Positions 50,001 through 62,200 are shown, counted from the first letter of the stretch. The stretch is 64,000 nucleotides of DNA from Amoebophrya sp. A120 (GCA_905178155.1 CAJINV010000018.1:972609-1036608); one strand, 5' to 3'. A program made the numbers and translations. The notes: generated from the sequence alone by a model not told the origin.

Positions 50001-53000
50001 TATCATTGTACAAACGAGATGAAGAACCATAATTGCCGTAAGATGAACCCTCGTGCTCGTGCAGCTCCTGGGTAGTACTACTTTCATTCGTGGTCGACGT
50101 CCCATAATTGCTGTTGTACAACCCCGCCCGGTTCAAGGATTTATTATTTCCCTGTCTGCTCTTCGACCCCTGGCGCTTTGATGATCCCACGTTCATCTTG
50201 CCACCGCCCTTTTCCTCGCGAGAGCGGCGCAAGGGTGCACCAGTCTGGTCGACGTCGTGCAGGGTGCTATTACTGATCGACGACGAGGACCCTGCGACGT
50301 TCTGGTCATTATCCGTGTTATTCACACAAGAAGAACTTGTTGTGGTCCCACTTATATGTTCTCCTCCGCCCACGCTGTTCATCTCGTGGCTCGCCGGCGT
50401 GACCCCGTTTGTCGTGCTGGCAGGCGTGCGGCCGGCGGCCGTGGTTCCCTGCTGAATTATGCACAGTAAATTTATTCCTGTACACGACGTGACGTACAAA
50501 TGGTGCCATTCTGGCATGACAAGCCTCTTCTCGTAGTGTATTTGGCATGACAAAAGTTATAAATGCGTTTTGTAGGTATCTGCATGTCAGGATGAAATTT
50601 GTGTTGCGTATCATCAGCACTAGTGCTGGTGGAGTTGGAATCTTTTTCCCCTCCGTGGAAATTCACACCCATCATGTCGGGGTCGGCAGCGGTGGAGGTG
50701 GTGATGGCGTTGTTATCCTTATCCACCGAGGAAAGATTGCCAGATGGTCGCCCAGCGCTCGTGGCAGTAGTAGTCCCACCCAGGTTCATGGCTGTGGATT
50801 TTTCGGAGAGACTCCCGTCCGCGGAAAAGTTTTCCTTCTCGTCTAAGGAGTTAAAGTGCGTCGTCACCTCGGACTCCGCAAAGGTGGGCGGTATAATCCC
50901 GTTGAAGCTCGAGGTTTTCGTGCTGCTGATCGATCCTTCCTTATTCACCGAAGAAGTGAAAACCGGGTTGTGGCAAGACGCGTCCCGTCCCTGGCCCTTC
51001 ATCCCGCTGGTGCTCGCATTGTTCGTCCCCTTGGAAGTACTTGTATCGCGCATAGAATTATCGTGTAGATCGTGCTGGCCGCTAGTTGTATTCATACCAA
51101 ATGGCGCGTGATGGTGTTCGCTGAGATTTGCTGCGCTGCCGCTCATATTACCTGCAGTAGTTCCCGAGGAATTATGGCTGCCACAGTACGACGAGGACCC
51201 GTGATTGTGTTTATTCGCGCTATTTCCCGAAGCTCCTGTGCTTTGATTTTCGTAGTAGCCACTGCTACGATGCTGGTCTTTCCCACTTCCGTAGTAGCTG
51301 TCCTTCCCCGCGTTGTTGTACCCAGAAACCCCACCGCCGTAGCCGGTATCAAAGTTCGCGTTGCAGCTATGGGTGTTCAACACCGAACTCAGCCTCGTGC
51401 TGTTGCTGCGAAAGGACCGCGCGCCCGCGGAGGAATGACGCTCCTTGCCGCCCGCACCTTTGTGTTCGAAGCTGCTACTGTTCGTTGTGCCCTTGCCACC
51501 ACTAATCTGGTTGATGTTGCTGTAGGAGGAACCATTTGCGTGGTAGTTATTGTCACCAACACCACTGGAATTTGTATTCCCGGGACCTGTTCCAATGCGA
51601 GGGTCATACAATCCCTCGTACTTGTTGTCGTTGTATTTCTGATTGTGATTGTGATTGCCAGCACTCTGATGTTGCCCTCCACCACCCCCGTATTTCCCTC
51701 CTCCACTGCTGTCGTTGTAGCGATTTCCTCCGCCCTTCTTGCCGCTGAACGTCGAACTGTCCTTCCCGCTGTCGCGCCCGCTCGGACCTCCATGCTGGTA
51801 CAACCCCGTGGCGGAGCTAGAGCGGTTGTGTATGGGGTTCTCAAACGCTACATTCTCAACTGTTACATGAATTTGTCATGCAAAAGCACCATCATCATCC
51901 ACGCGATCAAGCTGCTTCGCATGACAAATTTGCCTAGGGCTAAACAGCACTTAAATCTGTGCGGAATCTGTAATGCTACAGGCGCAATCTCCCCCCTTTC
52001 ACTTTTCCCATTCTTGCATCACAAATCCATGTAACAGCTGAGAATGTAACAGTTGAGAACGCCATATTGTGGCTCGAATTGTTGTGGTATTTGTCGTTGT
52101 ACTTATTGCCGTTGTTGTATCCAGGAAAAAAAGTGTGTAAGTGTAACTTTCTTTGAGGAACAGCATCACAAATTCGCTCTACATGACAGAGAAAACCTGT
52201 CATGCATGGTTTGTAAGGGAAAACACACATGAAAATAGGACTTCGTGGCTGTCTGGCATGACAGGTGTAACTCTGTTGCATCTTCTGCAACACAAATTTA
52301 CACTTACACAGTTTTTTTCTTGCATATGTTGTTATCGAACGCTGCACCGCTGTTCGCGTACTTAGAATGCACATTGTATTTCGAATTTGATCCATAGCGG
52401 TGGTCATGTTGTGCCTGACTGTTGTTCCTGTTATCCTTTCCCTCCGTTCTTTGGTTCATGTTGCTGTTTCGGGAGTTATTGTTCATTTGGCTGCTGTTGT
52501 TGATATTATTGTCATAGGGGCCTCCTGCGTTGTTGTTGTTGTGCACCATCATGCCAGTCGGTGGCTTCCCATGCTGTGCTGAGGCACTACACACGTTGTT
52601 GCCTATTGGGTGCATGGAATTTGGGGTGTTCACGTTGCTCGGGACTAGGTTGCAGTTTGTCGGCATATTCGAACAATTTGTTCCCATCTGATGCTGCTGC
52701 ATCCCTTGCATATGATGCTGCTGCTGCTGCTGCCCGTTGTTCAACATGTTCTGGTGTGCCGCATGAAAGTGTTGCTGCTGTTGTTCGAAGGTAGTATTCT
52801 GCTGCCCGAAAGTAGAACAAGCAGTGTTGTTTCCAGCGTGGTGGCCGCCGAGGAGGTTGCTGCCCTGCATCGCGTTGCCTCCAAAGCCTCCATTGCTGTT
52901 CGCCACAAAGTTGTTATTTCCACCCTGTTGTGCGTGCTGATGTCCACCGGCGGCGCCCATGAGCTGCTGCTGCTGCTGCTGCCCGTGATGCTGCGTTGTT

Positions 53001-56000
53001 CCGGAAGTAGTGGAGGACCCCACGCTGCAAACGCTCGTGGTAGCTGGTAAAGGCGGGTTCAGTGGGCTTTGCTGGGTCGAGGATGGGAACAGGGATTCCA
53101 TGAACTGCAGACCCATCGTATCAATCTGCTGCTGGACGGATTGGGCGTGTTGCTGCGCCGCTGTCTGGTGCTGCTGCGCAAATTGTTGCTGATGAGCGTT
53201 GTTGTTGGAAAATTGCATCATGTTGCTCTGCTGCATATTATGCGGGTCCGGCTGTTGTCCCATGTTATTATGCTGCTGTTGGTGGTGTTGCCCTTGTTGT
53301 GACCCCCCGCCACCCATAGTATTGTTCGCCCCCATAAGCTGCATTTGACTTTGACTGTCCTGAAAATTCTGCTGATTCATTAGATTTTGCTGCTGCTGCT
53401 GCATCAAGGCTTGCTGCTGCTGCTGTTGTAGCTGCTGCTCCTGACTCAAGAGCTGGCTCTGCTGAAAACCAGCATTCTGGTCCGCTCCGAAGCAGCCTCC
53501 GTTTTGGTTCTGCTGCTGCTGCTGGACTATCTGCCCGTTGATGTGCAGATGCTGTCCCGGGACCACCGCCTGCTGGTTTATTTGCAAGTTCTGCTGCTGT
53601 TGAGCAAATGCCATATTCTGCTGCTGTTGAAATTGCTGACTCGTCGTGTGACCAAACTGATCGACCTGTTGCTGCTGAAAAGTACTGGCCATCTGCTGCT
53701 GCAGACTCAGATCCGAAATCGGCCCTTGGTTCGGAGACGAAGCAGCTGTGCCGGGCAGGTTCTGCTGCTGCTGCTGCTGCTGTGGATCCACCAGATGCTG
53801 TGGACCTCCTGTGTTTAATACCCCGAGCTGCTGTTGGTGACCACTCTGGTCGCCCCCGCCCATTTGCTGTTGTTGTTGCAACATCATGGCCTGGTGCTGT
53901 TGCTGCTGTTGTTGGGCAACTTGTTGCTGCAACGACCCAGCCGCGCCGTTAATATTATCCGGTGGTAGCTGCATCAACTGCTGGTGCTGTTCCCCCGCGC
54001 CCGCGGTTGGCATCTGTATGAGCTGTTGTTCTCCGGTTGGCATCTGCAAGATTTGCGGCTGCTCGTCTCCCGTGGGCATTTGCAACATCTGCTGTGCTGG
54101 TCCACCGCAATCATTCGCAGCTCCTGTGCTAGTACCTTGCTGTTGCTGTTGTATTTGCTGCAGCATCTGCGGGTGACTTTGCTGCGGGTGATTTCCGCCA
54201 GCAGTAGAAGTTGTGCCTTGCAGTTGCATGTTGTGCGGACCGCCGAACGGCTGCTGCTGCTGCTGCTGCGCATGATTGTTCCCTAGCAATTGCTGGTGCT
54301 GAAACTGCTGCTGATTCAGGACGAGTTGTTGCTGCTGCATTTGCTGCTGCTGCGAAAGCTGAGCCATCTGCTGCTGCATCATCTGCTGTTGCAGCAACAA
54401 ATTCTGTTGCTGCTGCGCGTCCAGCGGTTGACCTGTCTGTGGATCGACCACCGGTTGGACGAGCTGCTGCGAGGTCGTGGGGTTGCCGTTCGCGTCCAGT
54501 GGTTGCATCTGCCCCGGGGTGGGAGACAAAACGCCCACACCAAACTGCCCCTGCTGCTGAAGCTGCAGCTGCTGCTGTTGCTGCCCTGCCGCCGAGTTTG
54601 GTGTAGTCCCCTGCAGCATCAGATTCTGCTGCAAAAGCTGCTGACCCTGCTGCTGGTTCAAGTTATTCAGGTCGATCAGCTGTTGCTGCTGCTGGCCACA
54701 GTTATCCACAAGAACTCCCGGTTGTTGCACTATTGGCTGCCCACCTCTGTTGTTCTGCTGCTGCGGCAAAGTAGACCCTTGATTCACCATCTGGCCCTGC
54801 TGCTGGTTCAACTCTATCAACCCTTGTGGCTGCAGCTGCGGGGATCCGCCAGGAGGCTGCTGCTGCTGCTGCTGCTGCTGCAATGGCTGCAGCAACTGTG
54901 AGTTGTCTACTGACCCCCCAGTATCAACTGTAAAAATGTCTGGGTCTGGAAGATTGCGAGATTTGTCATGCATATTTCGGATCACGCAAATGGCGTCTGA
55001 TGCAGGCAAAAACATCACAGGTTTTGAGCACGCCTCATGATGCCTCTCCCGCATGAGAAACTTCCTACTTGCGTGCCAAGAAATTGACAGCTTTTGGCGC
55101 TCATGCAACACAAATTTTTGTGTGCTCCAGAGTTTGCATCACAAGTGCCAACCCTTCCAGACCCAGACATTTTTACATTTGATACCCAGCTGCGCCCATC
55201 AACGGCCCTTGCGGCGGCGAGTGCTGCGGGTGCTGAAGTGGTGTGTATGGCGTTCTCAACTGTTACATTCTCAACTGTTACATGATTTGTCATGCAAAAT
55301 AGCCTTCAGAATCGACACCATCAAGCTGCTTCGCATGACAAATTCTCAGAGGGCCAAACAGGCTGACAATCGGCGCCAAATCTGTCATGCAAGACGCGCA
55401 AGATCTCCCCTATCACTTTTGCCATTCTTGCATCGCAAATTCGTGTAACAGTTGAGAATGTAACAGTTGAGAGCGCCATAGTGTGGCGAGCGGGGTTGTG
55501 AGTTGAGAACTACTCGCACTTTGCTGCATCAGTAGCTGGTTTTGCACACTGTTCGGGTCGCCGATTTGATGTTCCTGCAGAAGTGACTGAGTCGTGGTTC
55601 CACCTGTAGTGGTGTCTTGCGCGGCTCCTGTTGCAGTACTACACGCCCCACTGGTGTTGCTGTTGTAGCCATTGTTCGCGTAACTACACGAACTCGATGT
55701 AGTTGTTAACAGGCTACTTTGCATGATCGCTGTCGCCTGCTGCGCTATCGTGGTCATTGGCACGACTGGCACTGCCGCAGATGTACCACCTCCGCCGTCC
55801 GCACTGTTGTTGCTCAGGGACGACTGCAGCAATGCTGGCGGCTGTTGATCATGCGCGAGGTTCAGACCACTGCTGTTCGAAATGTCGCTTGCAGCGGGTT
55901 GTTGTGTCACCAGACCACCAGCAGTACTAGAACACCCTCCATCCGGCGACGTAGTTGAAGATGACCCAGAAGTATTGTTCACCACGACTCCATTCAGTTG

Positions 56001-59000
56001 TAGCGGCCCCTGCATGATGGTACAACTATCGGTGTCAACAGGTTCTACACTTGAAGCTGCTGCAGCCGTACAACCTCCTGGAGCAACTCCTGCGACACTG
56101 CTTTGTTCAGCATCAGCTCCCTCCCCCTGCTGAGTAATGAAATTGCTCGTCTCGCCGCTTGGAACAGATTGTTGTACAACTGCTCCACCTATTTGTTCGC
56201 TCGTCGGCTGCTGCTCGTCCTCGGGGTCCTTTTGCGAAACAACAAGCTCTTGCAGTTGCTGCGAGAGCTGCCCCGGCGCCATTGTGTTCAGCTGCTGGTA
56301 GAAGGTTGTCGGCTGGTCACTAGTGTTACTAGTACTTCCTGCACTCGCAGCACCACCTGCGCTCTGTTCAGGCGTTGAACCATTGCCTCCTCCTTGCACG
56401 ACCTGGCTGCTGGAATTCATGTCCTGCTGCTGCTGCTGTCCACTCGCAACAATGTTCGAGCCGTCCCTGAATATTTTACATTTAGTGTATATTTAGATTC
56501 TTCGTAATCCCACCAGTTCAAATCCTAGCACAGAAGTGTTGTATAGTTAGTAACCAGGAAAGCAAATGAAGACAAGCTGATGCACAAGCGAAGCGCATGA
56601 AAATCTTACTTCGTACTAGCCAAACAACAAGATGAAGAACGACCGCACATTCATCATCATACAACAAGAAATTGCCGAAAAAGTAAAGTCTCAATCTCGA
56701 TATAGTACTTTCCGAATATGGGGGGGCTCATCGTCGGTACAGGTGGGATGGGGACCCACCTCATATTGGACGGAAAATTGCTCGGTGGCCCGCTGGACGA
56801 AGCATTGTTTAGCATCATCGCGCCGGAGGAAGCAGCGATGCTATTTTCGGAGCTGGAATCCGAGCACGCGGCCGTGCTGGTGCATTCCTTCTCAGCTTGC
56901 TGCTTACTCATCGCGGTGGCCCCCGCGATCATGTCGGTAGGCACTACCGATTCGGCCGCCGCGTGGGCGACCTCCAGTATCTCGATGGAAGAAGGTGGAA
57001 CCGCTCCCGCTGCAGCGATGTCCTGCTCAATAGCTGGTGGAGCTCCTGCTGCTGTCTCTGCTGCTGCATTCTGAGCCGAGACAGCGGAGTTGCTTGCGCC
57101 AGCGCGTGTCGGGAGGCCGCCTGGTTGGCTGTGAAGATGTTGATCCTCTTGCAGTTTTTGCACCTGGTCAGCAGGAACACCAGGTCCACCCCCGCTCGGT
57201 GCTTGTACAACAGCTCCTGCATGATTTCCAGCGGCGCTATTGTTCACACTCACCTGCTTCGGCTCCAGAACCGCTGCACTGGTTGTACTAGAAGTTGTAC
57301 AACACTCGGGCGGCACGTTGCCCGCATTGGCAAACAGCTTTGGTGGCGGACAGCTGGGCACTAGGGGGATTAAAGTCTGATTTTGGGCTTTCTGGTGGAA
57401 GGGAATCGTCGGGCCGCCCCTTTGGTGATTTGGTGGATTGTTGTTTAGAGCTTCAACACCCGCTAGCATGAGTAGCGGTGAATCTTTAGTGAATTTTGCA
57501 TGACAAGTTGCAGAGCAGACTGCAGATGCGTTGTCCCTCTTGGTCTTCTGGGGAGTAGGTTCTGCACGCTGCGCCAGAATGAAGTCGCGGCTCATGCGGC
57601 GGGCAGCTAGAAATAGCCTGGGCGTTGTTCCCATTTTGCGCCTCCCCGTGCTTGCATCAGAGCACTACAGCAGCCGTGGCAAAGCACCAAAAAGAAAGGC
57701 GGCGAAACGCATGCAACTACGCAAAAAGGCGCGAGAGCAAGGGCGAAAGGACCAGGCCGAGAGCTTTGACGCGTCTATCCGGCAGGCGCGTGAACTCTCC
57801 AGGCCTAGGCCTTTTCGGCAGAATATAGACGGGCTGAGGGCAGCCGAGGGCGCCTGTCTTTTCCTTCCGGCACCACTTCCAAGGGCCTACCTGTGCACTT
57901 TTTTGAGCACTTTTCTGCGCTAAAGTTTGCTTATCACGGTCGAAAAGGGGGGCCCGGTGAGTTTTGGGGTGAATTTTGAAAAAACCGTGGGTGAATTTTG
58001 GCCCGAGGTGCCTATTCAAAATTCGCTAACGCACGAGAAACTAATTCACCAAGAGAATTCCTGACCTTGGGGTCACGTCGGAAAGGCCTCGCTCCGGAGG
58101 CAAAAACACGCCTGGGGAGTTGGGAGCAGAGCACAGCAGGCGAAGCAAGCTACCGTCCGCGGCCGAGTCGGGCCTTCCCTTCCACTCGAGGCTACTCTCA
58201 GATATCCAATTCCAAACCGCAACTCGCGAGAGCGTACGCGTTGTACTACTAGTGCTCCTGTGTTCAGGCGTCGCCCTCCCTTTCGACAATTCCGGAGAGG
58301 AACTTCTCAGGCAGACGCGCAGAAGAGTAAGAGCCACCCGATCCACCTTCTTTGGTTACATACGCACTACACAGCCCGGCGAGCGAGCCCCCGCAAGACC
58401 ACTTCTTTCGGTCCTGCAAGCGCCACCACGCGACGAGCAGCCCTTCACGCTATGCGGGATGCTTGGGCTCGTGTGTCTAATACCTAGCGCCCTTCTCTTT
58501 TAAGTACTTAAATGCAAGTCATGCAATACAAATTCACTGCAAATTCACCCTTCTGTACGCTAACGACCGTCCAAGGCATAAACTGTTGTGCGTCGGGCCG
58601 CCCCTTTGGTGATTTGGTGGATTGTTGTGCTGCACCGTTTGCCCCCGCGGCTGCACGAGAACCCCAGGAGGGGGATGCAGTGCGGGCGGCGGGCCGTCTG
58701 GCACGACCGCCGTGCTCGCGCTCTGTTGTACTATGTTTGGTGGCGGCGAGGACGGCACGACAGGTTTTTTTGTCGCGGAGGTCGTGGTTGTACTACCAGT
58801 AGACTTGCTAGCATTAACGTCCGGGTTGTAGTTGTTGTAGCTAGGTACTGAATTAGTAATGTTAGTAGACGTGGTTGATGTTGTGGTGTAAGTATTATTT
58901 GTCGCGGATTTAATATTTTGCCCTCCTGTAGAAGTTCCTCCCGCGCCACTCGCAGACTTTGCAGAGGCGCTGTTAGGTAAAGGAATGAGCTCCATCTGGT

Positions 59001-59268
59001 GAAAAAGGGGCACGTTTGGAGGCCGACGGTAAGTGGAGAGACCCGTATTAGAAGAAGTATTTGAGTGGTAAGTGGAATTCGAATTGCAATTGCTGTAGCT
59101 GTAGTTGTCAAAATTATCTTCCTGCTCCTGTTCCGTTGTCCGGTTACAACTTCCACGTGTTACAGTATGGGAAACGGGCTCCGGAAAATATTTCTGACCA
59201 CAATCTTCGCTGAAACACTTTTCCCCCGAATTATTTTTGTAGCCCGAGCCACTACTCATAATAGTCAT
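44051..59268 (-). CDS. Giant (~3,737 aa) Q/N/S/G-rich low-complexity protein with one hydrophobic segment near the C-terminus
   Basis: Removing 9 TAT..ATA introners, the 1.14-kb element and GT-AG introns 48473-48694 and 56467-56708 gives 11,214 nt (3,738 codons) in one frame. Hydrophobic stretch AFFHVAVVCVFVWMFLPW. Confidence 0.8.
44199..44506. mobile_element. Introner family K (B/G-like ends), 308 bp
   Basis: TATCACAATGAAAAACGCCCCCACCCCC ... GGGGTTGGGAACCTTTTTCACTGTAATA; TSD ctgct. Confidence 0.9.
45125..45494. mobile_element. Introner family A, 370 bp, containing a nested 96-bp insert
   Basis: Family A TIRs; TSD agctg; collinear with 46006-46267 apart from 45185-45287. Confidence 0.92.
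45185..45280 (-). mobile_element. Nested short insert with (ATCA)4 tail; probable 5'-truncated retroposon
   Basis: (TGAT)4 at 45185-45200; 7-bp duplication TTTGCAT at 45178-45184 and 45281-45287. Confidence 0.7.
46006..46267. mobile_element. Introner family A, 262 bp
   Basis: Family A TIRs; TSD gcact. Confidence 0.95.
46330..46643. mobile_element. Introner family G, 314 bp
   Basis: Reverse relative of 41248-41561; TSD cgagc. Confidence 0.93.
50458..50610. mobile_element. Highly degenerate introner, 153 bp
   Basis: TATGCACAGTAAATTT ... AAATTTGTGTTGCGTA, with two GCATGACAA motifs. TSD eroded (tgaat/tcatc), but removal plus 5 nt joins ORFs 50472-51803 and 48682-50553 in frame. Confidence 0.7.
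51831..52066. mobile_element. Introner family H, 236 bp
   Basis: Family H TIRs; TSD ttgtg. Confidence 0.95.
52118..52326. mobile_element. Introner family F, 209 bp
   Basis: Close relative of 16342-16550; TSD tgttg. Confidence 0.95.
54922..55184. mobile_element. Introner family A, 263 bp
   Basis: Family A TIRs; TSD cccag. Confidence 0.95.
55246..55480. mobile_element. Introner family H, 235 bp
   Basis: Family H TIRs; TSD gtgtg. Confidence 0.95.
57443..58583. mobile_element. 1,141-bp TIR element (GTTTA...TAAAC) in an intron position
   Basis: Imperfect ~70-bp TIRs containing GGTGAAT..AGTGAATTT..GCATGAC; 4-bp flank repeat tgtt; lies within a duplicated 38/39-bp coding repeat; removal restores the frame. 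Confidence 0.8.
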
Positions 59269-62200
59269 TGTATTTTTTTATTTGAAAATTATGTTTCTAA
59301 AACATAGTAGAGTTCTTTTTAATACTTACCTGGTGTCTGTTTACACTTTATTTCGAGTAGAAAATAGGTACAGGAGGTGCGTGCGCAACCACCAGGTCAA
59401 CAAATTCTACTCGTACAGTGAAAAAGTAAAATTTTCAAAATTACACCGCAGCGTTGCAAAAGAGACTGTTCCTTTGGAATGACGATGAAAAAGCCTCTTT
59501 TGCAGTCGCAGTGTTCGTCCGTAATAGATTGCTTGAAATTTGATTCGTAAAAATATTCTGCTTGTAAAGTAAAAGTAAAATTGGATTTATTTTCGAGTTT
59601 GACTTTGATGTCCAAATTGAAGTAAATAAACTGCTTCGAGCGACAAAAATCTATATTACAATGCGAAACGGAGAAACAAAGTACTTAGCGTCAGATAGTA
59701 GCTATTTTTCGTAAAAACCGCCGACAATTCCTATAGATACGTAGAAAATGAAACTTGACTATTTCTTGATATACCTTTTTTTTCCAATCCCAATAAAAAT
59801 TTGCAGTTGGTTCTCACAAGAAATAGTGTACAGAAAGAGTAGCGGTGTTTTTTGTACTACTACTTCGAGAGGCAGCACCTATTACAGCAGAGATAATACA
59901 ATCGTCTCGTACAGAAGGCACAACAGCAGGACCAATTTATTTCCAACACAACGAGCAACAAAAATAGCACTTTCTTCCCGTTATCTGCAGAAAAAATCAA
60001 TACTGCAACTAAGCTTTTGATGCTTTTGTACTAACCGTACTTTGGTGGCAGGCGGCCCAGCAACAAAAGTCCAGAAGAGGAAGTGGGTATTAAAAATTCC
60101 CGCAAAGAATTGCAGCGGTCGAGGCGGCTGAAAACGACCACCTAAGGACTCAGAAACAGGTGAAACCTTTTCTTCGTTAGATGTAGTGCGACGACGGACG
60201 AGTAGTAAGTTGTGGTGAGGAAGATGATAAGTAATTAAATCTTGTTGTCAATTTCTAGGAAAAGAAAATTTTTTCGAGCAGAATCGCAAAAAAATCAGCA
60301 TACAAACAATCTGTTTTCCAACGCCTCTTTCACAAACTACGAGCACAAGTCCCTAAATTTTTGATGATGATTTGTATTTTTACTGAATTTTTTCTCGTTC
60401 AAAATTTTTCTTCCAGCGGCAGCGTGGTCTTCACTCCGATTCTTGTCTTGTTCTCCAAGATGAGATGGGATGATGTACTAGTGCACGCACAACTCTACTA
60501 CTTCGTTCGTTACTGCAAGGTTTAGGTTCCACTCCTCAAAGATTAGTAGTACCGGTGGTGAAAATAAAATTCGTGCGAAACGGAATAAATACTAGAGATT
60601 TTCCTAAAATTTCAAATTCAAGCTCAATACAGACCTTCTCAGCCCTCTTTAGTTTTATTTTCTCGCCAATTGTAGTCAGGAAGTCGTCTCGCAAGGCAAT
60701 AATTCCGATGATATCTTCGCGTCCTGACCTCCTCTCGACGTCTCAGTGTGTGTGTGGGGGTCGTGTACTGTCGGGGTGGAGGTTTACTTTCTGATCAGAG
60801 GTCTTGGGCGGTTCTCTTTGATGCGAAGGAGCCTTGTCGTGTGAAGAAAAGGCCGGAGTTTGTTGTTGATGCGACAGACTATATTCTCAATGACGGCGGG
60901 ATAGTACTGAACAGCAAGAGGCCTTCGGATTTCTTGGGATGAAACAAAGATAAAATTTACAACAGAAACAACTCGTAATATGTGAGAAGGAGAACAAGCA
61001 GCAACAAAATACAGAAATTACAAGACTTCGGGAGCTTCTTAATATCAAACGTCGGGAGAAGTACTCGTCACTCGCTCAGATATCTACAAGTTTTCGTTCG
61101 GTTTATTCTAACAACTTACTTCACCACCTCCAATATATAGATACAGATATTGCTAAAGTTTTTTTTTTGAAATTTCTTTCGGCGGAAAATTCGAAGTCAG
61201 AAATATTCCACGTCGGGTCACATATGGTTACATTGCATGAGGTCACGGCACCCGAAATTCTGCAACAACGCTACCCTTTTTTTAACGCCATGGACAAATT
61301 GGAATTGATCAATATATGAAATTGAAAATGATCGCGCACGCATCGCATGAAAATGAAAGACGTGTTGTATAATGTCGTGCATTAGGACAAAAAGAACAAA
61401 CGGGAAAAAATTGTAGAGTCGGTGTATCTGAGCTTCGTTCTTCTATCTTAAGTACTACGCCAGAGTTGTTTTAACCAGACAAGAAATATGGGACCGGGAG
61501 AGCAGCCAGGGAACACCTCTTTACACTGATGTCTCACGAACCACACAAGTAGTATCAATCGTGTCTGGTGCGGAGGTTCTGTAGTACTCTTTTACAAGCT
61601 AAGCGGTCATCTAGTTGTTTCACTGCAAACGCGCTCGATGTATCGTGTGCAAGCGGTTGCGCTTGCGGTCCTCCCGAAGTATACACATAAAAATCTCAAC
61701 ATGGACGCAAATGCACTGGCTCTGCTGGTTGCACAGAACATACAAGCACACAACAATCAGAACTGCTACAGAACGAGCATCAACATGCATACTTATTGGA
61801 TAGCGACGGAAAAGTCAAATGGCGACCTGTCCAATATTAAAGCAAGAGTGGCCACACCATACACCGAGCGCACCATAGATACATACGAAAGACCATCAAG
61901 AAGCGTCGACACCCTTAAGTTTTAGCGCTAAGAGTTGTACCAGATTTTCTTCAGTTGCATTTCCCTTTTTGTTTTTGTTTTTACTTTTGCGACGTACATG
62001 AAAACAAACTTGGCAATACTGGCAAAAGAAAATTCTTCCGTTTGGGCGGCTCTTTTGGCCCCTCAGAGGGTAAGTACTAGACAAATCCAACGCTCCTTCA
62101 AATTGACAGTCACACATCTTCGAAGCAGTCATTTTTGCGCAGCGAGCAAGCTCCAAACGAGCTCTGTAGTGTCGGAAACTACTACTCTGTAGCTTCTTCA

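Noticed and set aside
93-55448. Recurring ORF peptides such as [38 protein letters not shown] and VTFENAI
   Set aside because: They are translations of introner TIRs, not a repeated protein domain.
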